Shown here in pieces: positions 38,649-47,164 of a DNA stretch of 64,000 bases (positions within the stretch are counted from its first letter, which is position 1; every line of letters starts with the position of its first letter). The stretch comes from an uncultured Chloroflexia bacterium. GTDB lineage: Bacteria > Chloroflexota > Limnocylindria > Limnocylindrales > CSP1-4. The stretch lies in the NCBI GenBank assembly GCA_963828165.1, contig CAWHDR010000002.1:22658-86657 (forward strand). The letters are read 5' to 3'. The notes under the pieces were generated by a model that had not been told where the DNA came from, did not search any database, and worked only from the letters and a program-made list of their open reading frames with translations. A program made the translations under genes and the position numbers.

Positions 38649-39230
38649 GTGACCCTCGAGATCGTGCCGCTGACGCCGAAACGCATCTCCGACCTCGGGA
38701 CCCTGTTCGACCAGGGTGGCGACCCGAAATGGTGCTGGTGCTCGTACTTCCGGGTCCGCGGGCGCGACTGGACGAACGCGTCTGTGGCCGAGAACCGCGA
38801 GCTCCTCGAGAGGGCGGCGCGAAGGCGCCACCACGCGCCCGGACTGGTCGCGTACGAAGAGGGCACCGTCGTGGGCTGGGTGAGCCTCGGTCCGCGCGAG
38901 GATTACGAGCGACTGGCCTATTCCAAGGTCCTCGCCCCCGTCGACGAGGTCCCGGTCTGGTCGATCGTGTGCTTCGTCGTCGGGCGGCTATCGCGCGGTC
39001 AGGGCGTGGCCGGCGAGCTCCTCGCCGCCGCCATCGACTATGCCCGCGCGCTCGGCGCGACGACGCTCGAGGCGTACCCGGTCGACGTGCCAAAGGGCGA
39101 ACGGATCGCCTCGGCGAGCGTCTACCACGGCACGCTCGGCATGTTCAAGCGCGCCGGGTTCAAGATCGTGGAACGCCGCCGCGCCAACAAGGCCAGCCCG
39201 GTCCGGCCGATCGTCCGCCTCGCGCTCTGA
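38649..39230 (+). CDS. GNAT-family acetyltransferase
   Basis: CWC, VGWVSLGPR, WSIVCFVV..RGQGV, LEAYP. Confidence 0.88.
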   Translation: MTLEIVPLTPKRISDLGTLFDQGGDPKWCWCSYFRVRGRDWTNASVAENRELLERAARRRHHAPGLVAYEEGTVVGWVSLGPREDYERLAYSKVLAPVDEVPVWSIVCFVVGRLSRGQGVAGELLAAAIDYARALGATTLEAYPVDVPKGERIASASVYHGTLGMFKRAGFKIVERRRANKASPVRPIVRLAL

Positions 39231-39324
39231 GCCTCGGGAGGCCGGCCGTGGGCGCGGGGGGCGGGGCGCTGCCAGGGGTGCCGCCGGGAGCCTGGACCTG
39301 CTGACCCTGGCGATGCAGCGGCGC

Positions 39325-39528
39325 ATGCACGCCACGTGTTCATTCCGCGGGCATCGGTGCGACAACGGTCCGGCCGTCGACCCAGGTTCCTGTCTTCGAC
39401 GGCGCGCTGCACACGACATGCGCAGCGGCACCGACAACGGCGTGATCCCAGGGCCCCATCGACCGTGGATGTCGGCGCGGCGCTGCTTGTCAGCGCGAAA
39501 ACCCGGCAAATGAACATGGTGCGTGCAC
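39325..39528. repeat. Dispersed element of about 200 bp, copy B, with 20-bp imperfect terminal inverted repeats
   Basis: ATGCACGCCACGTGTTCATT (39325-39344) and AATGAACATGGTGCGTGCAC (39509-39528) are 16/20 complementary; ends shared with 3140-3327. Confidence 0.5.
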
Positions 39529-39643
39529 GTCGACGTCGTCGGCCACCGGCGGGTCCCGTCGACGGTCGTCGGCGAGAGCATCCGAGCCTCCGATGACGCG
39601 CCTACGTCATCTGTCGCGGCCCGGCCATCGTCATCCGACGACG

Positions 39644-39673
39644 TTGACATGGCCCAGCCCGAACGCCTAGACT
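39644..39673 (+). promoter_or_regulatory. Sigma70-type promoter of the ABC/rsgA operon
   Basis: TTGACA-18 bp-TAGACT. Confidence 0.65.
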
Positions 39674-39733
39674 GCCCGCTGGCGCGCAAGTCGCACGCCC
39701 TCGTCTAGCTCAAAGTTTGGAGGCGGTCTCCGA

Positions 39734-39817
39734 ATGAAGATGCTGCTGAATCTCCGACGCACCGTGGCGCCTATCGGCGCAGCGGATCGCGGGAGATCTG
39801 TGCCCATCTCGAGCTAG
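39734..39817 (+). CDS. Putative leader peptide (27 aa, MKMLLNLRRTVAPIGAADRGRSVPISS)
   Basis: GGAGG RBS upstream; lies between the promoter and a terminator hairpin. Confidence 0.5.
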   Translation: MKMLLNLRRTVAPIGAADRGRSVPISS

Positions 39818-39852
39818 CCGCAGGCGGCAGGACCGCCTTCCGGACAGAACCC

Positions 39853-39885
39853 GAGCCGTGGGCCAGATCAGGCCCCGGCTTTTTT
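39853..39885 (+). terminator. Attenuator-type intrinsic terminator in the 5' leader
   Basis: AGCCG(T)GGGCC-AGATCA-GGCCCCGGCT followed by a T run, upstream of the first structural gene. Confidence 0.7.
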
Positions 39886-40026
39886 GATGTCCCTCCCCTG
39901 CCGCCCGGCAGGACCCAGGAACCGACATCACGAGCCGCGAGGCCACCCGACGAAGCGTCGGACGAGGCCCGCGGCTCGTTCTTTCCCCGGAACCTCCCTC
40001 CCACCCCACGACCCAGGAGCCACGAA

Positions 40027-40914
40027 GTGACCGCCACCTTGACCAACCAACTGAAGACGACGACTCCGGTGGCTCGGCCGGCGTCCTCGGCCGTGACGTC
40101 GGCGGTGCCTGCCCTGCTCATGGAGGGCGTCAGCAAGTCGTTCGTCGTCGGCCGAAAGCGCAAGCCGGTGGCCGCGATCACCGATGTGTCGTTGCGCCTC
40201 GAGCGCGGCGACATCCACGGGATCCTCGGCGCCAACGGCTCGGGAAAGTCGACCCTCATCCGCCTCATCAGCGGGCTCCTGACCCTGGATTCGGGGCGGG
40301 TGGAGGTGTTCGGCCACGACCTGGAGCGCGAGGAGATGCAGGTCAAGCGACTGATCAACCGGGTCAGCGTGGACGCCGCGTTCTTCAAGAAGCTCAGCCC
40401 GATGGAGAACCTGTTGTTCGCGGCGCGGCTCTATGGCCTCGATGGCAAGACCGCCCGCGCCGACGCGATCTCGATCATGGGCCGGCTCGGCATCAGCGAG
40501 AAGCGTGTCGGGCGGCCCGTGGAGCAGATGAGCCGAGGGATGCAGCAGAAGGTCGCGATCGCGCGAGCCCTGCTGACCAGCCCGACGCTCCTGCTCCTGG
40601 ACGAACCGACGACCGGCCTGGACCCGCGCAGCAAGCTCGACGTCCAGACCTTCATCGAGGAGATCAACCAGACCCATGACGCGACGATCGTCCTGACGAC
40701 CCACGACCTGGCCGAGGCCGAACGCCTCTGTGCACAGATCACGGTCCTCAACGACGGCCGGATCATCACCGACGGCACCCCGACCGAGCTCAAGGCGCAG
40801 ACCACGCAACGCCTGGGCCGCGAGGCGTCCCTCGAGGACGTGTTCATGACCTACACCGGCCGCTCCCTCGACGACGACGTCGACGAGGACGAGAGCGGCG
40901 ACGACGAAGACTGA
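40027..40914 (+). CDS. ABC-2 type exporter ATP-binding protein
   Basis: GANGSGKS, MSRGMQQK, LLLDEPTTGLD, TTHDLAEAE. Confidence 0.92.
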   Translation: MTATLTNQLKTTTPVARPASSAVTSAVPALLMEGVSKSFVVGRKRKPVAAITDVSLRLERGDIHGILGANGSGKSTLIRLISGLLTLDSGRVEVFGHDLEREEMQVKRLINRVSVDAAFFKKLSPMENLLFAARLYGLDGKTARADAISIMGRLGISEKRVGRPVEQMSRGMQQKVAIARALLTSPTLLLLDEPTTGLDPRSKLDVQTFIEEINQTHDATIVLTTHDLAEAERLCAQITVLNDGRIITDGTPTELKAQTTQRLGREASLEDVFMTYTGRSLDDDVDEDESGDDED

Positions 40915-40934
40915 CCGGAAAGGAGGTGAGAACC

Positions 40935-41123
40935 ATGCACTTCAATCAGACGGCCTTGGAACTGGCGCGCATGCGCCAGGAGGAGCTGATCGCGGAGGCC
41001 GCGCAAGCGCGCCAACTCGAGCAGCGCCCATCGACCATCCGCCAATTCGTCGGTCGCCGCGTCATCGCGGTGGGCCAGAAGATCGCCGCGGAACCCCATT
41101 TCGAGCTGGCTCGGTCCCGATAG
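40935..41123 (+). CDS. Small hypothetical protein (62 aa)
   Basis: Strong AAGGAGGT RBS; MHFNQTALELARMRQEELIAEAAQARQL helical motif; inside the operon. Confidence 0.65.
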   Translation: MHFNQTALELARMRQEELIAEAAQARQLEQRPSTIRQFVGRRVIAVGQKIAAEPHFELARSR

Positions 41124-41159
41124 GGCCGGGTCAGCTCCCTCGAACCAGGAGATCCTCTC

Positions 41160-41963
41160 GTGACCATCGTCGCCCATGAGCTGAAGGCCTCATACGCCTT
41201 CATCGAGCGCAACTTCTTTCTCACTCGCCGCTACTGGGGTTGGGAAGTCGCCTTCCTGATCTATTCGGTCGCGGGCGCGCTTTCGATCTCGCTCATCGGT
41301 GCCGACCAGGGTGATCCCACGCTGTTGCTGACACTGATGGTGGGAGCGATCTTCTGGAACTACCTGTCGGTCGTGTTCAGCTGGATCGCGGAGACCATCT
41401 CCGTCGAGCGCTGGGAAGGCACCCTCGAGTACACCTTCATGGCGCCCATCCGGCGCTGGTCGCAGCTGCTCGGATCGGTGCTGTACGCGATGGTCTACGG
41501 CCTCGTCCACACGGCCGTGATCTTCGTCGCGCTCGTGCTGTTCTTCCCGCAGCTGGACTTCGCGAACGCGAACCCGACGACGGCGATCGTGTTCATGCTG
41601 CTCGGCTCGTTCAGCTTCGTCGGGATCGGCATGATCGCCGCCATCCTGCCGCTGCTGTACGTGGAACGCGGCGCGCAGATGACGTTCGTGCTGCAGTCGT
41701 GCCTGCTGCTCGTCAGCGGCGTGTACTACTCGGTGGAGATCCTGCCGGGCTGGATGCAGGTGCTCTCGCACCTGTCGCCGGCGACGTACGTTCTCGACGG
41801 AGTGCGGGCCGGGTTGATCCACGGCACGCCCGTCACCGAGCTGCTCCACGACGTGTGGCCGCTCGTGGTGGCCGGCGTCGTCCTCATCCCGTTCGGGTTG
41901 TGGGCGTTCGCCCAGGCGGAGCGCTATGCCAAGCGCACCGGCAAGCTGAAGCGAGTGGGCTGA
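41160..41963 (+). CDS. ABC-2 type exporter permease
   Basis: Six TM; ERWEGTLE, SGVYY..LPGWMQ..SPATY. Confidence 0.9.
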   Translation: MTIVAHELKASYAFIERNFFLTRRYWGWEVAFLIYSVAGALSISLIGADQGDPTLLLTLMVGAIFWNYLSVVFSWIAETISVERWEGTLEYTFMAPIRRWSQLLGSVLYAMVYGLVHTAVIFVALVLFFPQLDFANANPTTAIVFMLLGSFSFVGIGMIAAILPLLYVERGAQMTFVLQSCLLLVSGVYYSVEILPGWMQVLSHLSPATYVLDGVRAGLIHGTPVTELLHDVWPLVVAGVVLIPFGLWAFAQAERYAKRTGKLKRVG

Positions 41964-41966
41964 GCC

Positions 41967-43094
41967 ATGACCCTGGCGGCCACTCCGACGGGCCTCGGCT
42001 GGGATGCCGGGTGGGACCGGGCCTTCGAGCCGTTCGCGGCCGGAGGCCGGCGTCCCGCCCGGGTCGTCGCCGTGCACAAGGAGACGGCGATCGTCCGAGG
42101 CGATCTTGACGGTGACCGCACCGCCACGGTCTCCGGGCGGTTCCGGTTCGACGCGCTCGCCGCGTCCGACTTCCCGGCTGTCGGGGACTGGGTCGCGCTC
42201 GAGCCGACCGATGCCGGTGCCGGTGCCGACGACCCCGCCGTGATCGCCGCGGTCCTCCCGCGCCGAGCGGCCTTCGTGCGCAGCGCCGCCGATGCCAGCC
42301 GCAGGACCGCCGGGAACCTGGCCGATGAGCAGGTGATCGCGGCGAACGTCGATATCGCGTTCCTCGTCGCCGGCCTCGACGGCGACTTCAACCTGCGCCG
42401 TCTCGAGCGCTACCTCGCGGTGGCCTGGTCGAGCGGCGTCACGCCGGTCATCGTGCTCAACAAGGCGGACATCGCCCGCGAGCTCGACGAGCGGCTGGTC
42501 GCGGTCGAAGGCATCGCCCCGGGCGTCCCGATCGTCGTGCTGTCGGCCCTGACCGGCGACCACGTGACCGATCTCCTGCCCTACCTCGGTCCCGGCCGGA
42601 CGTCGGTCGTGCTCGGGTCGTCCGGTGTCGGGAAGTCGACGCTCGTCAACACGCTGTTGGGCGAGCAGCGCCAGGCCACCAGCGATGTCCGCGAGGACGA
42701 CTCACGGGGACGCCACACGACGACCCACCGCGAGCTGTTCGGGCTGCCGGGTGGCGCCATGCTCATCGACACGCCGGGTATCCGCTCGTTGGAGGTCGCG
42801 GGCGCCGATGAGGGCGTCGACACGGCCTTCGATGACATCGCGGAGCTGGCCCTACGGTGCCGGTTCAGCGATTGCCGCCACGAGGGCGAGCCCGGCTGCG
42901 CGGTGCGCCGCGCCATCGCGGACGCGACGCTCGGCGAGGACCGTTTCGTCAGCTACCGCAAGCTCGAGCGGGAGCTCGCCCACGCACAACGCCGGGACGA
43001 CCCGCGCGCGCGGGCTGCAGAGGCCAAACGCTGGCGGCAGGTCCACAAGGCCGTCGACCGCCACATGGACCAGAAATACGGGAGGGAGCGATGA
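41967..43094 (+). CDS. rsgA: Ribosome small subunit-dependent GTPase A
   Basis: PAVGDWV, ANVD, NKAD, GSSGVGKST, GRHTTT, DTPG, CRFSDCRHEGEPGC. Confidence 0.93.
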   Translation: MTLAATPTGLGWDAGWDRAFEPFAAGGRRPARVVAVHKETAIVRGDLDGDRTATVSGRFRFDALAASDFPAVGDWVALEPTDAGAGADDPAVIAAVLPRRAAFVRSAADASRRTAGNLADEQVIAANVDIAFLVAGLDGDFNLRRLERYLAVAWSSGVTPVIVLNKADIARELDERLVAVEGIAPGVPIVVLSALTGDHVTDLLPYLGPGRTSVVLGSSGVGKSTLVNTLLGEQRQATSDVREDDSRGRHTTTHRELFGLPGGAMLIDTPGIRSLEVAGADEGVDTAFDDIAELALRCRFSDCRHEGEPGCAVRRAIADATLGEDRFVSYRKLERELAHAQRRDDPRARAAEAKRWRQVHKAVDRHMDQKYGRER

Positions 43095-44107
43095 CGACGA
43101 CCGAGGACAACGCGATTGAGCTCACGGACGCGCCGTCGATCGACGGCCTGCGGTTCCGCCGGCCACGAGGCGATGACGCGGACTACGAGGCGATGGCGGC
43201 CGTCATCACTGCGGCGAGCCTGCACGACGGACTCGAAGAGATCCAACTCGCGCGGCACGTCCGCGAGGAGTTCGAGATGTCCGTCGGCGTCGACCCGGCT
43301 GTCGACGTCGTGCTTACCGAGATCGATGGACGCGCGGTCGCGGTGTCCGGCGTCGAGCGCACCGTCCGGGACGGTGTCGTGGTGTACGACCTGTGGGGCA
43401 ACGTGCATCCCGACGTTCGACGTCGCGGGATCGGGCGCGCGCTGCTGCGGGAGAACGTCCGACGTGCCACTGAGCGAGCCGGTGGCGAAACAGACGGTGA
43501 GGTCGTCGAGATCCGCGCGCACGCGCAGGAGAACGAGGCGGGCAATCGGGCGCTGTTGGATGCCCACGGCCTCGAGCCGATCCGCTGGTTCTTCCTCATG
43601 CGCCGCCGGACGCTGGATGACGTTCCGGACGCTCCCCTCCCCGATGGCCTGGAGTTCCGGCCGGTGACACACGACCAGCACCGGGCCATCTTCGATGCGG
43701 AGGTCGAAGCCTTCCGCGACCACTGGAGCTCGCGCGAGAAGACCGACGAGGACCTCGAACGCACGCTCAAGCGCGAGGAGCTGGACACGGACCTGTGGGT
43801 CGTGGCCTGGGACGGCGACGAGATCGCCGGTGTCGTCCAGAACTGGGTCTGGGCCGAAGAGAACGCGACGCTCGGTGTCGATCGCGGCTGGCTCGAGCAC
43901 ATCAGCGTGCGTCGACCGTGGCGGCGCAAGGGGCTTGGGCGGGCGATCACCGCAGAAGCGATCCGTCGCCTGGCCGCGGCCGGGTTGACCGAGGCGTGTC
44001 TCGGGGTCGATGCCGAGAATCCCACGGGGGCGCTCGGACTGTACGAGGGCCTCGGTTTCGGCGTGCACCAGCGCTGGATCACGTATCGCGGCTTCTTGCC
44101 CGACTGA
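43091..44107 (+). CDS. Tandem GNAT acetyltransferase (MshD-like architecture)
   Basis: VHPDVRRRGIG and VRRPWRRKGLG; LGVDAENPTGALGLYEGLGF. Confidence 0.88.
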   Translation: MTTTEDNAIELTDAPSIDGLRFRRPRGDDADYEAMAAVITAASLHDGLEEIQLARHVREEFEMSVGVDPAVDVVLTEIDGRAVAVSGVERTVRDGVVVYDLWGNVHPDVRRRGIGRALLRENVRRATERAGGETDGEVVEIRAHAQENEAGNRALLDAHGLEPIRWFFLMRRRTLDDVPDAPLPDGLEFRPVTHDQHRAIFDAEVEAFRDHWSSREKTDEDLERTLKREELDTDLWVVAWDGDEIAGVVQNWVWAEENATLGVDRGWLEHISVRRPWRRKGLGRAITAEAIRRLAAAGLTEACLGVDAENPTGALGLYEGLGFGVHQRWITYRGFLPD

Positions 44108-44177
44108 CCGGTCGTCGGGCGGGGCCCGTGACAGCTCGTGGCATCATCTACGGGGACGCCGCTGGAGGATGTCGATC

Positions 44178-44594
44178 ATGCGGTCCTACCTGATCGTGGC
44201 CAACCAGACGCTCACGAGCCAGTCCCTCACGGACGCCATCACGACGCGCCTCTCCGATGGTCCGGTGCGGACCCATGTCGTGGTGCCGCTCAGCCCGGTC
44301 GGCGGCCGGCTCACCTGGGACGAGGCCGAGTCGCGGTCCGTCGCTCAGACCAGGCTGGACGAGGTCATCGCGCGTCTTCGCGAGATGGGTGCCGAGGCGG
44401 ACGGCGAGATCGGCGACAGGGACCCGGTGATGGCCGTCAAGGACGCGCTGCGCGGTCGCGACATCGACGAGGTCATCGTCTCGACCCTGCCCAAGGGGAT
44501 GTCGCGTTGGCTCGGCGAGGACGTGCCGAGCCGGTTGCGGGATTCCGTCCCGGTCCCGGTCACGGTCGTGACCCAGGAGGGGCCCGGCGCCTAG
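44178..44594 (+). CDS. Universal stress protein-like protein
   Basis: YLIVANQT, DPVMAV, DEVIVSTLP..SRWL..D.PSRL..PVTVV. Confidence 0.7.
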   Translation: MRSYLIVANQTLTSQSLTDAITTRLSDGPVRTHVVVPLSPVGGRLTWDEAESRSVAQTRLDEVIARLREMGAEADGEIGDRDPVMAVKDALRGRDIDEVIVSTLPKGMSRWLGEDVPSRLRDSVPVPVTVVTQEGPGA

Positions 44595-45232
44595 GCGAAG
44601 AGGCGGCCGCCGTCACGCACGAGTTCCAGCCACGCTCGCTCGCGCCCGATCGTCGTGGCGTCGCCGTGGCCGGGCAGCACCTCGACCGCGTCCTCGAGCT
44701 CGGTCAGGCGCGCGAGCGACCCGACCATCGCGGTTGGGTCGCCACCGGGCAGATCGACCCGACCCCATGCCCCGGCGAAGAGCGTATCGCCGCTGAACAG
44801 CAGGCCGTCGTCTCGGCTCAGCAGGCACACGGATCCCTCCGTGTGACCGGGCGTGTGCAGCACCGTCACACGGATCTCGCCGAACCGGATCTCGCCGCCT
44901 TCGGCGAGCTCGACGGCCGGGATCGACGGGATGATCTCGAATGGCGCCGAGATGACCGGTTTCGGGTCGGTCAGCCGGTGACGGTCCAGCGGGTGGACCG
45001 CGATCTCCGCACCGGTGTGCTCCGCGACGGCGGCATTGTCCCCGATGTGGTCCCAGTGGCCATGGGTCGACACGATGAGCTTGAGCGTCCAGTCGCGCGC
45101 GGCGAGCTCGTCGGCGATCCAGGCGAGGCACGGGGTCGCCGTGTCGATGGCGATCGCCTCGTGCGTGCGCTCGTCAGCCAGCACGTGGACGTTCGTCGCG
45201 ACCGGCCCGAAGACGCGGTGGAGTCGCTTCAT
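44591..45232 (-). CDS. MBL-fold hydrolase (glyoxalase II-like)
   Basis: THGHWDHIG, HTPGHTEGS, SGDTLF, PGHG. Confidence 0.9.
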   Translation of the reverse strand: MKRLHRVFGPVATNVHVLADERTHEAIAIDTATPCLAWIADELAARDWTLKLIVSTHGHWDHIGDNAAVAEHTGAEIAVHPLDRHRLTDPKPVISAPFEIIPSIPAVELAEGGEIRFGEIRVTVLHTPGHTEGSVCLLSRDDGLLFSGDTLFAGAWGRVDLPGGDPTAMVGSLARLTELEDAVEVLPGHGDATTIGRERAWLELVRDGGRLFA

Positions 45233-45242
45233 GGGGAGTGAC

Positions 45243-45689
45243 CTAGGTCGTGCCGTCGAGCTTGGATTTCATGCAGTCGAAGGTCTGGCCGATCATCTTG
45301 GTGGCCGTCCCCTCGATCATCCGCGCGCCGACGCTGGCGAGAGTGCCGGCGATGTTGACGTCCGCCGCCCAGTCCATCCGCGTGCCGCCGGCCTCGCCGT
45401 CGGACAGGCGCATGTGCGCGGTGGCGTCGACGGCGCTGCCCGGAGCCTGACCGTGGGCCTTGATCGTGGCGGCTTCTGGGGCGGTCATCTCGGCGAACTC
45501 CATGTTCACGTTGAAGCGGGCGCTGATGAACCCGATACCGACCTTGGCCGACGCCTTGAAATGCGTGTCGTCGATGACCTCGATGGTCTCCACGCCCGGC
45601 CCGCATTGGCCTACCTGGTTCGGATCGATGACGAACGCCCAGACGCGATCACGGGGAGCGGCGATCTCGACGGAGCCTTCGAAGTGCAT
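45243..45689 (-). CDS. coxG: CoxG-family SRPBCC protein
   Basis: APRDRVWAF..CGPG, GTLASVGARMI. Confidence 0.8.
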   Translation of the reverse strand: MHFEGSVEIAAPRDRVWAFVIDPNQVGQCGPGVETIEVIDDTHFKASAKVGIGFISARFNVNMEFAEMTAPEAATIKAHGQAPGSAVDATAHMRLSDGEAGGTRMDWAADVNIAGTLASVGARMIEGTATKMIGQTFDCMKSKLDGTT

Positions 45690-45774
45690 GTGGATCCTCC
45701 GGGGTGAGCAACGGGGTCAGCCCGGAAAGGATAGCGGTGGCCGGCCGCCTCGACCGCGGCCGGCCCGGGTCCGC

Positions 45775-46539
45775 TCAGGCAGCCATCGGCGTCCCTGTCT
45801 CGAGGAGCGTCTTGAGGCCGGACACGATGAGCTCGATGCCCCCCGTGAACTCGGTCTCGATGCGCGATCCGGGGGCCATCGCCGTCGTCACCACGAGGCG
45901 GGTCGGGTCGCCTGGCTCCGCTCCGCGTTCGATGGCCCAGGTCATCCGAACCGGACCCTCGGCCTCGATCTCGGGCGACCAGCGAGCGTGAAAGGACATG
46001 ACGACGCGCCGTCCGGGCTCGATCTCGAGCACCTCGCCGTCCGCGGCGATCGAGCCATCGGGGTAGGCATACGCGATCCTGGCGCCCGATTCCCAGGACG
46101 AGGAAACGCGCGTGCCGAAGTAGTAGCCGACGGTGTCGTCGCCGTCGGTGATGGCGCGCCAGACCCGCTCGGGCGACGCCTTGATATAGACGGAATAGAC
46201 GTGATCGACGGGGTCCATCGGTGCCTCCAGCGTTCGTTTGAGGAAGGACATCGCCCCGACGACGGGCTCGGCGAACTTGCCGATCCATCGATCGTGGGCC
46301 AGGCGGATCGGCACCGGGTTGAGGAAGTGGCGCTTCTCGCGGCCGACCTTCTGGGTCGTCACGAGATCGGCCGCTTCCAACACGCCCAGGTGCTTCATGA
46401 CCCCGAACCGCGTCATGTCGGGCAGGGCCTCGCACAGCTCACCGAGCGTCTGGCCATCGCGCTCGAAGAGTCCATCGAGGAGGACCCGCCGACCAGGATC
46501 GGCGAGTGCCCGAAAGATCGGAGCCATGTCGTCCGTCAC
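45775..46539 (-). CDS. ArsR-family HTH fused to SRPBCC/AHSA1 domain
   Basis: FRALADPGRR..MTRFGVMKHL..GREKRHFLN; YIKASPERVWRAIT. Confidence 0.88.
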   Translation of the reverse strand: MTDDMAPIFRALADPGRRVLLDGLFERDGQTLGELCEALPDMTRFGVMKHLGVLEAADLVTTQKVGREKRHFLNPVPIRLAHDRWIGKFAEPVVGAMSFLKRTLEAPMDPVDHVYSVYIKASPERVWRAITDGDDTVGYYFGTRVSSSWESGARIAYAYPDGSIAADGEVLEIEPGRRVVMSFHARWSPEIEAEGPVRMTWAIERGAEPGDPTRLVVTTAMAPGSRIETEFTGGIELIVSGLKTLLETGTPMAA

Positions 46540-46545
46540 GGGGCG

Positions 46546-46575
46546 ATGTTATGTGACAATTTGGTCACATGTCAA
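46546..46575 (-). promoter_or_regulatory. Leaderless promoter with internal ArsR operator ATGTGAC-N6-GTCACAT
   Basis: Minus strand TTGACA-18 bp-TAACAT, 6 nt before GTG; palindrome at 46551-46570 fills the spacer. Confidence 0.7.
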
Positions 46576-46694
46576 CCGATCTGCGGAAAACGGAACGCGC
46601 AAGCGACTCTGTTCTCGTCACCGACCGCGCGCCCGACCGTCTCAGCAGGAGTCGGTGCGATCGCGTGGACGCTTTGATAGGCCGCGGAGAGGAC

Positions 46695-46985
46695 ATGAAC
46701 CATCGTTCGAACGTGGGCACGGCGGCGATCTTCCTTGTGCTGCTGCTTGGCGGTTGTAGGGGCGTTGCCCCGCAGGACTCGTGGCCCGTCGGAACGTGCG
46801 TCCGAGTGATCGAGAGTCGTGGCACCACCGCAGTGCCGTGCACCGGGCCGCATACGCACAAGGTCATCGCCCTCGCGCTACGCGCCGAACAGTGCCCGAG
46901 CGAGACGGACATGTTCTCCCAGCCAGCAGACCCGGACGATGGGCTCACGACCACGTGCTTCCAGTCGCACACGGCAACCGACTAG
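46695..46985 (+). CDS. Small Cys-containing lipoprotein (LppU/SCO3897-like)
   Basis: Lipobox LGGC; VGTC..VPCTGPH..CP..TC; GGAG RBS. Confidence 0.6.
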   Translation: MNHRSNVGTAAIFLVLLLGGCRGVAPQDSWPVGTCVRVIESRGTTAVPCTGPHTHKVIALALRAEQCPSETDMFSQPADPDDGLTTTCFQSHTATD

Positions 46986-47164
46986 ATCCCGGGGCCAGCA
47001 ACAAGAGACGACTCGCTAATCTGGCACCCCACGGGCGCCGAACGTGGCGCGAACCCTGCGTGAGACTACAATCCGGCGGCCCTGGGACGAACATCCGCGC
47101 GTTACGAACGTGTGCCGAGAGATCGTTAGTGGAGGATCTGGATCTTGGACGGACTCGGCACCGA

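Noticed and set aside
39740-39870. GCTGAATC...CCCGAGCCG resembling a c-di-AMP (ydaO) riboswitch
   Set aside because: Lacks the GGGGGACC and CAGCTAAC core; uORF plus terminator explains the region better
46551-46570. TGTGA...TCACA as a Crp site
   Set aside because: The spacer is 8 bp rather than 6, and its position in the ArsR gene promoter fits ArsR autoregulation
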